The position numbers and the translations under genes are program-made. Below, in pieces: positions 1-11,870 of a stretch of DNA of 64,000 nt; position 1 is the first letter of the stretch, and each line of letters opens with the position of its first letter. The notes below the pieces were generated by a model. The model was given only the letters and a program-made list of their open reading frames with translations. It had not been told where the DNA came from and searched no databases. This DNA is from Bugula neritina (lineage: Eukaryota; Animalia; Bryozoa): positions 11,598,480 to 11,662,479 of the forward strand of contig OZ037771.1 of NCBI GenBank assembly GCA_964035545.1, read 5' to 3'.

Positions 1-304
1 AGCTAATGTAAAACATGCTATAAAATATTACAAATCAGAAATCCTGCTAGAATTGCAAATCTACATCTAAATAAAACTGCCCACTAACACATGTTAAATA
101 TGCATAGCTTCCACATACTTAAATTTAATGTTGCAGTTGCTCATGTAAGAAGTAGGAAACCACAATTACTATCGCACCTCCTAAGATAAGATAAGATAAG
201 ATATGTAGCTATTTTAAAATGTATACTTTGGTTTGGCATGCAGTTGCTGGAAGAAGTAGAAGACTAGCTAATTACGTACTATCACACCTCATAAAAGAAT
301 AGTG

Positions 305-3300
305 ATGAAGGTTCTGGGCCTGGAGTTTGCTCCTCTCTTTATATCTACCAGGAGGAGACTACAGACAGTAGCTGTGATGCAGGCAGTGGCTACATTCCTA
401 TGTGGTGGTGTACTCTGTACTGCTCTGTTGATATCTTTACTCTTCACCAGGTAACTGTTTTCTCTTTAGTATACCTGCCTTAACTCTCAGTGTCAATAGT
501 CAATAAATATATCTTATGTTATGCTAGTACTAGCTTCATTGCTCACCATATTGCAGGGTATTTTCATTTCAAACTAGAAAATAACCACATATATATATTT
601 CTTCATTATACGATGTGGTGTCTCCTATTATAACTACATGCATATAATTGCAAAGTATTCAGCATGTTTAATAACCTGGTAACTAAATCATCATTTGTAT
701 TTTGCTATTTGTCAAAGATTCCTCAATTGGAGAAGTTTTTAACGAATGTTGTTAAACTGATTAAAGTTACCTGGTGAGCCATCTTTGTGTAGACTGTAGT
801 ATGATATGATTCCCAGCACCTCTGACTGGCGACAGTGAATATATGTTGGATAACCTAGAGTTACACATATAATTTAGTGAACTACATTGAAATTTATTAG
901 TATGAAGAAACAATTAGACTTGCTGTATTACATAACACCAGCACTGTGATAAAAAGAAAAGACAACTCTATTAATACTTTAAGCAAGTTTTGTGTAACAG
1001 CTGTGTTACTTTTGCCTAGTGTGTGTGGATACTAACTAGCAACAGTTTTGCTTAATGTGTTTGGTCTCTAATGACGACTTAGTATATTTTTAAATGTAAG
1101 AAAATGGTTATAATTTTAGACTATGGTCCTTGGTGATCATATATGCCGTGTGGTTCATATATGACAGAAATACTCCTCATTCTGGTGGAAGACGACTCCC
1201 AGCTATGAGGCAATCAAACCTGTGGACATATTTTAGAGACTTTTTTCCCCTAAAGCTAGTAAAAACTAGTGACTTGGATCCAAACAAGAATTACTTATTT
1301 GCGTGTCATCCCCATGGAGTACTATGTGTCAGCCATTTTGGAAACTTTGCTACTGAGGCTACAGGATTTAGTAAACTCTTTCCTGGAATCGATCCTCACC
1401 TGATTGTCCTGGATGGACATTTCCAGTTCCCTTTGTACAGAGACTACATCATGGGATATGGTATAGTATGATTTACTGTGGCTGCTCATAAAAACATTAG
1501 AATAATAATATTCTTGTCTTAAAGCACATCCTAAAAAGTACGAGACTAAAAAAGTAGAGAAATCCTAATATTTCGACATATTTTCCATAAAATAAGTATA
1601 TTTAGGAAAGCCATAAGATAGTCATTATGATTATTAACTGCTAGGAGTTATCATTACTCTGTCTAATGCATACTGGGAGTTTCTTTACTATGCATGCTCT
1701 ATCTAGGCATCTGTGGCTGTAACAAGAATAGTCTAGAATACATCCTCCAGTCGAAAGGTCAAGGTAACGCTGCCTGCCTTGCTGTGGGCGGAGCTCTTGA
1801 AGCTCTAGAAGCACATCCTGCTCATTTTACTCTTAACCTAGCTCACAAGAAAGGCTTCATCAAAAGTGCAATTAGGACAGGGTGAGACAAATCCTAATCA
1901 TTGTTAAATATTGATATATGAAGGTGTTTAAGTAGATTACACTATTGATACAATAGAGTCAATACTCAAATACAAAGCAATGTGAATACTTTCAACCATA
2001 AGCCTGTCTTATTTGATTGTATATCCCACAAGTTTCAAACTAGTCAGTATAAAGCACTTTGCTGATAAAACTAAGTCTAACTTGAATAAAGTCTTATATT
2101 CATGTGAAGTTTCAGTTGTGTCACCAAAATCTCTACAAAAATAGCTATATGCCTTTATGTTAAAGAATATTTCACAGAAATATAATTGTATATAAGGTTG
2201 TTTCTATATAATTAAACACGTATATTACATTGTAGTGCATCTATAGTTCCAGTATTCAGCTTTGGAGAGAATGAAGTATATACTCAAGTTAGTAATCCAG
2301 TAGGGTCAAGGGTTCGCCAACTCCAAACATTCCTCACCACATATTTGGGATTTTCTCCACCCATATTTCATGGCAGGGGTGTATTTAACTACACATTTGG
2401 GTTGCTTCCTTACAGAAGACCTATAACAACTGTAGGTAAGCACTATAGTACTGTGTGAAGAGCGCAGATAACAACTGTAGGTAAGAAACATAGTACGGTA
2501 GGAAAGCCATATATAGGTAATGACTGTACTAGATGAAAAATAAAGTAAGGTGTGAAAGCCGTAGGTAATGACTGTAGTAGGTAAGAAATATAATTTTCTA
2601 TGAAAACCGTAGGTAACAACTGTAGTAGATAAGAAATATGATATTTTGTGAAGACCATAGGTAACGCCTGTAAGTAAAAAATGTGCTACTATGTAAAGAC
2701 TGTTGGTAATGACTATAGGTAAAAAAGATAGTACTTTGCGAAGACCATGAGCAACAGCTGTAGGTAAAATATATGTTACGCTGTGAAGTCTGGAGACAAT
2801 AACTATAGAAGGGAAACATATCGCTATACTAAGACCATACAGGCAACGGCTGAAAATAAGCAACATAGCACTGTGTGCAACTTAAATTCTTAGAAATTAT
2901 CTCCCTTCGTTCTATAATGTAGGTTAATTGCTATACTAATGCTAAAAGTCTGCAAAACAGAGCATTTTTATCATTATTTTACCAAAGTTGCACAAAGTTG
3001 TTCCAAACTCAGAAAACACAACATTGAATCAGCTGACTTATGGACTTCTATTTCCAGTCTTCTTATACTGCAATGCAGATAACCGTGATAGCTATGTTTA
3101 ACTAGGCACACGCCCATACTCTCTGTTTATTCTTCTTATACTTGAACTCTGAAATATGACCAATATAGTATATTTATTTGACCAAATAAACTTTACACCT
3201 CAGTTATTATCAAACTGGGTTATCACCAAAACTCTTATCACAGAGTACACACAGTATTGTTATGAGTTTATATAACCACACAACTCTTCATACAGGATGT

Positions 3301-3525
3301 GTATAGGAATGTATACAAACAACCACGTCACTGATGAGTTGACTGAATATCATTAAATGTTTGATTTTAGTTGGTGAGCCTTTAGAGGTCAAGCGAAATC
3401 CTGATCCTAGCAATGAAGAGATCAATGAACTTCACATCAAATATGTCTCGGCATTACAGAACCTCTTTGAGGCAAACAAGAAAGAATTTGGTGTTTCAGA
3501 ATTTCATCATTTGAAATTTATCTAA
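305..3525 (+). CDS. DGAT2/MOGAT-family acyltransferase, copy 1 (5 coding exons, intact)
   Basis: Exons 305-450, 1120-1460, 1707-1881, 2236-2435, 3371-3525, all GT-AG and phase-compatible. N-terminus MKVLGLEFAPLFISTRRRLQT resembles the MOGAT EFAPL...RRLQT start. Also has the catalytic HPHG and the motifs [47 protein letters not shown]. Confidence 0.93.
2415..2878 (+). repeat. Degenerate ~45-bp tandem repeat derived from the exon 4/intron 4 junction of copy 1
   Basis: About ten units resembling gaagacc-atag-taacaactgtaggtaag-aaa-atagtactgtgt; the first unit overlaps the true donor at 2435/2436. Confidence 0.8.
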
Positions 3526-6406
3526 TTCTGTAAATATAATAAATATTTTTAATGCTTTAAATAAATAATATATAGCAGCTTAATCATGATTTTTTTGTCA
3601 GCCTAATTATTTACAATTATATTTCCATCTATAGTTGTGTTAGAGCATATAACAAGCGCTAATAGTATGCTTTTATCTGCTGTTGTTTAACTTGTACATT
3701 GTATACATGTTACAATTATAATATTATCATGTTGGTAGAAAACTAAATAAATAAATTGACAGATATAAAACTATCCAAGCTTATGTCCAGCAAATAATTT
3801 TTACTGACAAAAGCTAGAAATTATATTTAGAAAATTCTATAAACAAAAGCCCAGAATAAGAAGTAGTCTTTAGTCCACACTAGATAAAAATAATTGGATG
3901 TTATAACTTGTGCAAACAGTAAGCAAAATGCCACTGAGTTATGTAATCAAGCAGAACTGCATTTATTATGATTTGGTGATTAGTGATCTAAGGAATAGGG
4001 ACACCTCTTCAAAGCTGGCAGTTCAACTCTTTATCAAATATATAGCCTTGTTATCTACCTACTGAAGACTTATTTACTAAAGGTTGGAACTTTCTATGTG
4101 CCTTAACGAACCAAATGCTAAAGTTCCTAAGTCTAGAAACCATGCATTTGAAAAGCTATTTAGATGGTTCAGTTTGTGCACTCCTTGCATTGCTAGAAAT
4201 ACCAGTGTGACCATCAGTATTCATGCAGGATTTGGAACTGGGAATATAGTCATATAATATTTTATATCTATTCTGCTTGTATCTACATTGTGAGGTGAGT
4301 GTGTTATATGCTAGTATATCAAATGCATTGCAGTATGCAAGTGCACTATGAATAACATTTAGTTGTAGTGGTGGAGAAGTTTTAATAGCCAGAATTTTTA
4401 AATTTCCCTAATCGATTTTTATTTGGTAAAGAAAATTTTATATTTAAATCACAGGCTTTTCTCAATTTCTCCATTACTGCACCTACTTACTGTATCTACC
4501 TCGTACTAGCTAACAATTAGTTCAGTCTGTATTAAATCCACTTTCATTTGTTGGGCAGACAATATGGCTTGTTGAAAATATTTGCTATAACAAATATTTT
4601 CAACTATAGATAAATTCAAACACAACAAGTAAAACAGCTTGTATTGTAAGTCTATATTTCTGATATCAGTTTAAAAAACATTCACGTGTTTCATCTCAGA
4701 AGATAGACTCTTCCCAAGCCTCAAAGTTTGCATAAAATACATATATTGTACCAAAACCAATAAATAGCCATGTGGGAAGCGTCTAAATTTAGCCTTATAT
4801 ATAGAGTCTAACTGGAGAGCTTCCATCTGAAAGACACCCACTCACATGCTATAGATGGGTTTTTCATGTTTGTTTACCAGTTTTATTCTAAATGATTAGG
4901 AGAATGAAATGGTTACTTTCTATGTTAAAACTGCTACTTTCCTGAAGGTCTGTTTAAAGTTCCCCATGGGTGCTACAATGTCCCTTAATTTGTTATGAGA
5001 ACCAGTTGAGTGCTTTTATAAACACGGCTAGGTAACTCCTTGCTAACAAAGTGTGCTTTCCCAAGCCACTTTTTAGTCATTCAAAATAAATTAAACCACA
5101 AGAAAAATATCCATCTATTTTAATATATTTTAGCAGCAATAATTTACCAATTACTTATCATTGGTTTTAGTTTACGCATATAGGTAGATTGTAGTTGATA
5201 ACATATTTGAAAAAAGTTGCATCATAAAATTTAGGTGAACATTTATCTAATCTGGAAATGTAGTCTGCACTCATAAAAACTGTTAAACATTTTTTGAAGC
5301 TGACAATAAAGTTTCAAATTTCCGTCAATACAACTTAATTGTTGTAAAATTAAATTTAGTAAGCAGTACATGGCACTGTTTTATTACATGCTGTTAATTA
5401 TGCTCTATAATAACACCAGGTACTGAACTAACTGTGTGCATAACTCTTTGAACCTGGCATGGGGACGAAGAGACTGCTGGAAATATTTGCCGTTACTCAG
5501 TGGGTGTGCTCATTTGTCTTCTTGGGCTTTACTTGTTTGGGATTTATGATTTACTTAGTTGGCTTTACCAGGTATGTGGGCTTTAAAACTGTGTGAATAA
5601 ATTATAGCCTTTAGCGTATTGCCTGATGGCTCACTGTATTGATAGCAGTCAAGAACGTTAATAGTTTACAGCCCTATTATTTTTTGTAATTAACAGAGTA
5701 TAAATAAGTTATAATGTCATATTTTAACCACTCCACTCATTGAAAATACTGTATAATGTTAAAAGTGTTGCTGCAAGTACATACGCTTCTGAGTATACAG
5801 ACAAAAGTAAATTTTATAAGAATACTGCTTTCTACAACAGTAAAAAAATTAGAATTTAAATTAAAAATGATAAAGCAAAAATTTGAAATTAAATAAAGGG
5901 ACATGCATTTAAAAGTGGTGTTCTGTAAAAATATGCAAGATCACAGCGCTTTGGTGTTCATTGATATGATTTTAGCTATGTTAATTTCTTGCTTTCTATT
6001 TTCATATATAGACTGTGACCCTTAACCTTAGTATATCTGGCATGGTACTTATATGATAGAGAGTCTCCTTATAAGGGAGGGCGCAGAGTAGAAGCTGTTA
6101 GACGTTGGAAGATCTGGGAACATTTCAGAGACTACTTTCCTTTAAAGCTAGTAAAGACATGCGATTTGGATCCTCACAAAAACTACTTATTTGCTTGTCA
6201 TCCCCATGGAGTACTTAGTGTCAGCCATTTTTGTAACTTTGCTACTGAGGCTACAGGATTTAGTAAACTCTTTCCTGGAATTGATCCTCACCTGATTGTC
6301 CTTGATGGACAGTTCCAGTTTCCTCTGTACAGAGATTACTTTATGACTACAGGTAGTTGAGTTTAACTCTTCAGATTAGAAGCTGTATATTCATCATTAC
6401 ACGAAC

Positions 6407-6625
6407 TCATTAATGTCATTTTAATTACATAAACTTGTATTACACATATGCTACATTGTATTATACATATATTTTATTTTACTATATATAGTATATATAT
6501 ATTATATATTATATATATATATATATAATACAATATGCTATATAATATAGTCAAATAAAATATATGTATAATACAATGTACCATATGTGTCATACAAGTT
6601 TATGTAATTAAATGGACATTAATGA
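6407..6625. repeat. Imperfect long inverted repeat (hairpin) in intron 2 of copy 2
   Basis: tcattaatgtc..ttacataaacttgtattacacatatg..cattgtattatacatatattttattt pairs with aaataaaatatatgtataatacaatg..catatgtg..tacaagtttatgtaa..gacattaatga around an AT-rich centre. Confidence 0.75.
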
Positions 6626-6834
6626 TTGACAAACTCAAGCTGCTAGCATTTAGCAATGCTCGTGACTCCTAGGTGACCCTTAAAGTCACTTGAGCACTCT
6701 GGCTTGAGTTTACACACCTTTTAAATATGCTTTGGTAAAACTATAAGTTTCTACTTTTGCGAAGGTGTGGGCCATGGTACTCTGTTCTGTGCTTATGAGG
6801 GGACAAATCCCGAAACAGCTGCTGTCCACAGATT

Positions 6835-6837
<3 letters not shown>

Positions 6838-6885
<48 letters not shown>
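6838..6885. repeat. (TA)n microsatellite
   Basis: Pure AT dinucleotide run of about 48 nt. Confidence 0.95.
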
Positions 6886-6888
<3 letters not shown>

Positions 6889-7624
6889 ACTATATACATA
6901 TAGTACATTTTTGTATTATGCACATTGCATTTTGTATTATACATACATACAGTATATTGCATCATATTATGTGTATTGTAGTATTTGCAGTATATTGCAG
7001 TATATATCATGTAAATTACATTATATATAGTAAATTATATTCCTTTATTATATAATATAAAATATTGCATTGCATGTACTATGTTGTGTTATTGTAGGGC
7101 TTTGTGATATATCAAACTAGGCTATATTATACCATCACATTGTTTACAGGGTCATGTGGCTGTAACAAGAATAGTCTAGAATATATTCTCAAGTCTAAAG
7201 GTCAAGGTAACGCTGCCTGTCTAATTGTGGGCGGAGCGTTGGAAACGTTAGCTGCACATCCAGGTCACTTTAATCTCAACCTGAATAAAAAGAAGGGCTT
7301 CATAAAAAGTGCAATAAGGACAGGGTAAGTCTAACTTAAATAAAAACAGTTAGTATAAGTTAGTATGATGTACATTGAAAGTGGTAAAGTTAATCAAATT
7401 GACAACACTTATAACATGAATGATCATTGTAGAGAGACATGTGCTAAATCTGTTTCAGGGCCAGCATTGTGCCTGTATTTAGTTTTGGTGAAAACGATTT
7501 ATACAACCAAGTCCCCAATCCTATTGGCTCAAGACTTCGACACTTTCAGATAATGGCCACAGCTTATTTTTGTGTTCCTCCACCATTGTTTTATGGACGG
7601 GGCATTTTGCCTTACAGCAAACCA

Positions 7625-7876
7625 GTCACAACTGTGGGTAGGTGTGCTATGCTAATCACTGTGACAACTGTGGGTCGGTGTGCTATGCTAATCACTGTGA
7701 CAATTGTGGGTAGGTGAGCTATGCTAATCACTGTGACAACTGTGGGTTGGTGTGCTATGCTAATCATTGTGACAACTGTGGGTAGGTGTGCTATGCTAAT
7801 CACTGTGACAACTGTGAGTAGGTGTGCTATGCTAATTACTGTGACAACTGTGGGTAGGTGTGCTATTTTAATCACT
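7625..7876 (+). repeat. 36-bp minisatellite x7 at the exon 4 donor of copy 2
   Basis: Unit gtgacaactgtgggtaggtgtgctatgctaatcact starting at 7625, 7661, 7697, 7733, 7769, 7805, 7841. Confidence 0.92.
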
Positions 7877-9779
7877 GCAGTGATTAAAATGAGACTATCA
7901 TTACTATATGAAAGTGGACAAACGACTTTACAATTGACAAAAAGATATATGATATTATTTCCAACACTGGCAAATAGTCTTCCTTAAGAAGTGTTGCTAA
8001 AGAAGCAATGCTAAATAAGGTAGCATAAAATTCCATGCTAGTATTTGAAAACAGTATTATAGCCTATGTTTTTAGTTGGTTCACCAATAGAAGTAGACCA
8101 GAATAACACACCAACACCTGAAGAGATCAATGAACTTCACACTAGATATGTTGCAGCTCTCACAGACCTCTTCGAAACTCACAAACATAAATATGGAATA
8201 GCTGAAGAAACCCACTTGAACTTGTTTTAAATTACTTTATGATTCCGATTTCATCATGAGAACTCAAATCGTACTAAATTTAGAAACTTTTAAGCCAGTT
8301 TAACATTATGAAGAATAAAATCATGTATATAAATTTCTTTTTTAGAAATCAAAATTGAATTGTACAACAATATTACATTGTGTTTGTATCAAAACTATAA
8401 AGCATGTTATTCCTTAATTCTACTACTATTATGACAAAATTATAGTTCAATTTAGCACAGCTTACGTATTAAGGTGGTCCAACACCAGACATTTATATAT
8501 GCCCAGGCATTCCTCTCAGTACACTTTATTTCAAACATAATATTGGGAGCTTTGCCTATTCTTTGCTGAGTTTTATCAAGTATATGTAGATTATGTAACA
8601 AAAACAAGAGGAAAAGGGGGAGTCAATAGGTCACTTGGTGGCAAAAGATACGCCAAAAACTTCTTTAGCCTATGTTATAAATCTTATTTCTGTATTTAGT
8701 GCAGCTAGACAATACAGCCGCAGAAGTTTTACATCAGTTTGATTGCAACTAAATAAAGTTATATTAAAATAACATCATACTATTTATGAACTAGTATTAT
8801 ATTATAAGTTGATATACATGTGTAAGAAAGTTTTTCTCATAAAGATGGAATTTCAAAAAATTTGAGTCTATAAAGTCAATAGTGGAAAAGTTGTACTAAA
8901 GTTTATAAAAACGATCATGACATGCGTTTTATTTGAGATAAAACGGAACATGCTTTTTACGAAACTTTAAGAAATTTCTAAGAGCTTTGCTGATGACGAA
9001 GAGTATAGCATATACAGTTAGTATAGAACTAACCTCACCGGTGCATCATGTCACTACGTTTTCATGATTTATAAACTAGGGAGTTATCTCCCTGACTGCC
9101 TCAAATGATGGGCTATACACTGCGTTTCTATCATTTACATTTTTCGAAAGTATTTTTCATTCGCCTAATGGAAATAGTTGCATGCATCGAAGCAAAACTT
9201 CAATCTATTGGAATGGGTAAAAAATTTTCATTTACATTATGGAGAAGGGTTCTTTGACAAATTATCCAATGAAAAATTTTGTAACGGAAACAAAGATCGG
9301 TGATTGTGGTGGCTAGTTTTACAGTTACGAGATGTAACAGGCCTGGCCTCAGGCTCGTGAGAATCACACAAAATTTGCGTGAATATTATGATTTATCTTC
9401 TCGTTATAATAAATAGCCTGTGAATGAGTCTTGCACAAAATACAAACAGCAGAAAATTGCCAGACACAGAAACGTGGTAGAAATGAAATAATCATCATTG
9501 CTAAAATTATATTGACCAATCAAATAGTGCTTATCATTAATTTCAATTTTTGTCCATCGTCTGCAGCGAACACGATTTTGCTTGAATTCCCTCAAATTTA
9601 ATCGTACATTTGAGTTTTTATGTCTAATAGTCAAATAGTCAAATATTAATCATCCTAAATCCATTAACGTTTTCTGTAAGCCAAAGTGAATCTCTCTTTA
9701 GAGTTGTCATCTCACAGCCCTTAGTGGCTGGATCTTACAGGTAGCTTGTTCAGTGTCTCCATAATCCATTCAATACTAC

Positions 9780-9903
9780 AACCAGCACAAAGAGATCAAA
9801 GAACTTCACATCAATTATAATATCTCAACATTACAGGAATTTTTGAGGCAAACAATAAATTATTTGATGCTTCGGAATTTTATTATATTTAAAATTTATC
9901 TAA
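9780..9903 (+). pseudogene. Decayed relic of copy 1 last exon
   Basis: agagatcaaagaacttcacatcaa...ttacagg..ttttgaggcaaacaa...aaatttatctaa matches 3417-3525 with indels; the downstream 9904-11110 matches 3526-4650. Confidence 0.8.
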
Positions 9904-11320
9904 TTTGTACCTGTAATAATTAGATATTTCTAATGTTTTGTAAATAATAAAGCAGCTAGCTTCAGATCTAAAATGTTTTGTCCACTTAATTATTTACAAT
10001 TATATTTGTATCTATAGTTGCAGATGAGTTTATAAAAATCAGTTGATAGTCTGCTTTTATCTGCTGTTGTTTAAATTGTACATTGTATACACATTACAAT
10101 TATAATATTAGTATGTTGGTAGAAAACAAAATAAATTAATTGACAGGTATAAAATTATCGAAGCTTTTGTTCAGCAAATAATTTCTACTGACAAAAGCAA
10201 AAAATTTATTTGGAAAATTTTAGAAGTAGAAGCTCAAAGTAGAGAGTAGTCTTTAAGCCACACTAGATAAAATAATTAGATGTTATAACTGATGCAAACA
10301 GTAAACAAAGTGCCACTTGGTTATGTAATCAAGCAGTGGACTGAGAAAACATGCATTTATTTACCAGTTACAATCTACTGATTATGATTTGATGATTAGT
10401 GATCTATAGAGATAGGGGCACAGTATCCAAAGCTGACAGTTCACAGTTCAACTCTTATCAAATATAGCCTTACTATCTACCAGCCGAAGGCTTACTTGCT
10501 AAAAGGTGGAATTGTCAAAGTGCCCTAACGAAAATATCTGCTAAAGTTTGTGAGTCTATAATTAACCATGCACTTAGAAAGCTGTTTAGAAGATGTGTCA
10601 GTTTGTGCACACTGAGCAGTGCTAGAAATGCTGGTGTGACCATCAGCTTAAACCTCGGTTTTTGAGCTGGCAATAATATAGTCAGATCTTTTAAGTCTAT
10701 TCTGGTTGTATCTACATAGTGAGGTGAGTTTGTATGCTAATATAGCGACTGCATTGCAATATGCATGTGCACAAGAGAGTAACTTGTTTAATAATGTACA
10801 TCTCTTGGTTTGATTGGTAGTACTAGTAGTACTATAAGCCATTCAAAGGCTGTTGTGGAGAAACTCTAACGACCTAAGCTTTTCAGTTGTCTTAATGAAT
10901 TTTGATTTAGGGTGGAAGTAGAAATTTTTGAAATAACATTTCTATAATCCAAATCACATGCTTTCTCCACTTCTCCTTTACTGCACTTACTTCTTATTGT
11001 TTTCATTTCTTTTTGCTTCATTTCTTGTTAGACAGATTATTTACCTTGTTGAAAATATTTGCATATATAGGTCAATTCAAAAGCTGCATGTAAACCAGCT
11101 TGCATTGCAAAAATATGTTTTAGTAAAATCTTCAAACCAAAGATTTATTTCTGCTGGTCAAACGATTTTAGTTAACTAACGAGTTACAAGTTTCTTCATA
11201 TTAAAATTTCTCAAAACGTCACTATTAACTTCAATAGAAATATTTACATCTCAATCTGCTAAAAAGCTATATGTTTTGAGCAATCGATTAGATTTGAGAT
11301 ATAGATTGTAAGAACTTTGC

Positions 11321-11389
11321 CCAATGGGATACGAACCACAGACCTCCGGCTTGCAAGCAGGAGAGCTAAACCATTACACCACAGGGACT
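11321..11389 (-). mobile_element. tRNA-derived SINE-like head
   Basis: Minus strand gtccctgtggtgtaatggtttagc...ggttcgtatcccattgg has A-box- and B-box-like motifs but an imperfect anticodon arm and acceptor stem. Confidence 0.55.
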
Positions 11390-11870
11390 ACTGGGTAAAC
11401 TCAACACTACATAGAGGTTAAAGTAGAATTTTTGATAACTCCTAAATGCTGCATCATATTGTCAAAACACATAATTTTATAATCTACTCTCTTAGTGTGG
11501 TTAAAAAGTTACCCAGGACTTTGGAATATAAACCAGTTAGCTTATGTGACAGAAGGCCGGCCAAATAACTTTGCAGTAAAATATTATGTGCACACAGTTT
11601 GTTCTCATGTGTCAGTGCTAAAGTGCACCCTCTGTCAAATAGTTTTGTTACCCAAAACTGATCTACACTCAACCTTTCTCACTGCAACATGCAATCTCTG
11701 CTGCACTTTCTTCTCGTTGCTGAAGAGGTGTCATGAGTTTGTTGCAGCAGTGTCTGGTGACCATTACTTTCTAGGATATATTCTATTCTACATGTTGCTT
11801 ATGCTCTATGCTATCAGGTACTGAACTGACTGCTGTGTGTGAGAGTGTCTAGCACTTTGAACCTGGTATA

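Larger units (their letters stand above)
5459..8230 (+). pseudogene. DGAT2/MOGAT-family acyltransferase, copy 2, with premature stop in exon 2
   Basis: Exons 5459-5571, 6012-6352, 7150-7324, 7459-7637, 8076-8230. In-frame TGA at 6016-6018 where copies 1 and 3 have TGG (Trp). The rest is intact, including HPHG. Confidence 0.85.

Noticed and set aside
2306-2866. Minus-strand ORFs (186, 71, 73 aa) over copy 1 exon 4 and intron 4
   Set aside because: By-products of the tandem repeat and the antisense exon; no domain signal.
6016-6018. TGA as selenocysteine or programmed readthrough
   Set aside because: It aligns to Trp rather than Cys in the paralogues, and no SECIS-like structure was recognised.
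7625-7876. 36-bp repeats resembling a CRISPR array
   Set aside because: Head-to-tail units without unique spacers, in a eukaryotic intron, with no cas genes.
11321-11389. Functional tRNA gene
   Set aside because: 6-nt anticodon loop, mismatched stems and no proper acceptor stem; better explained as a SINE head.
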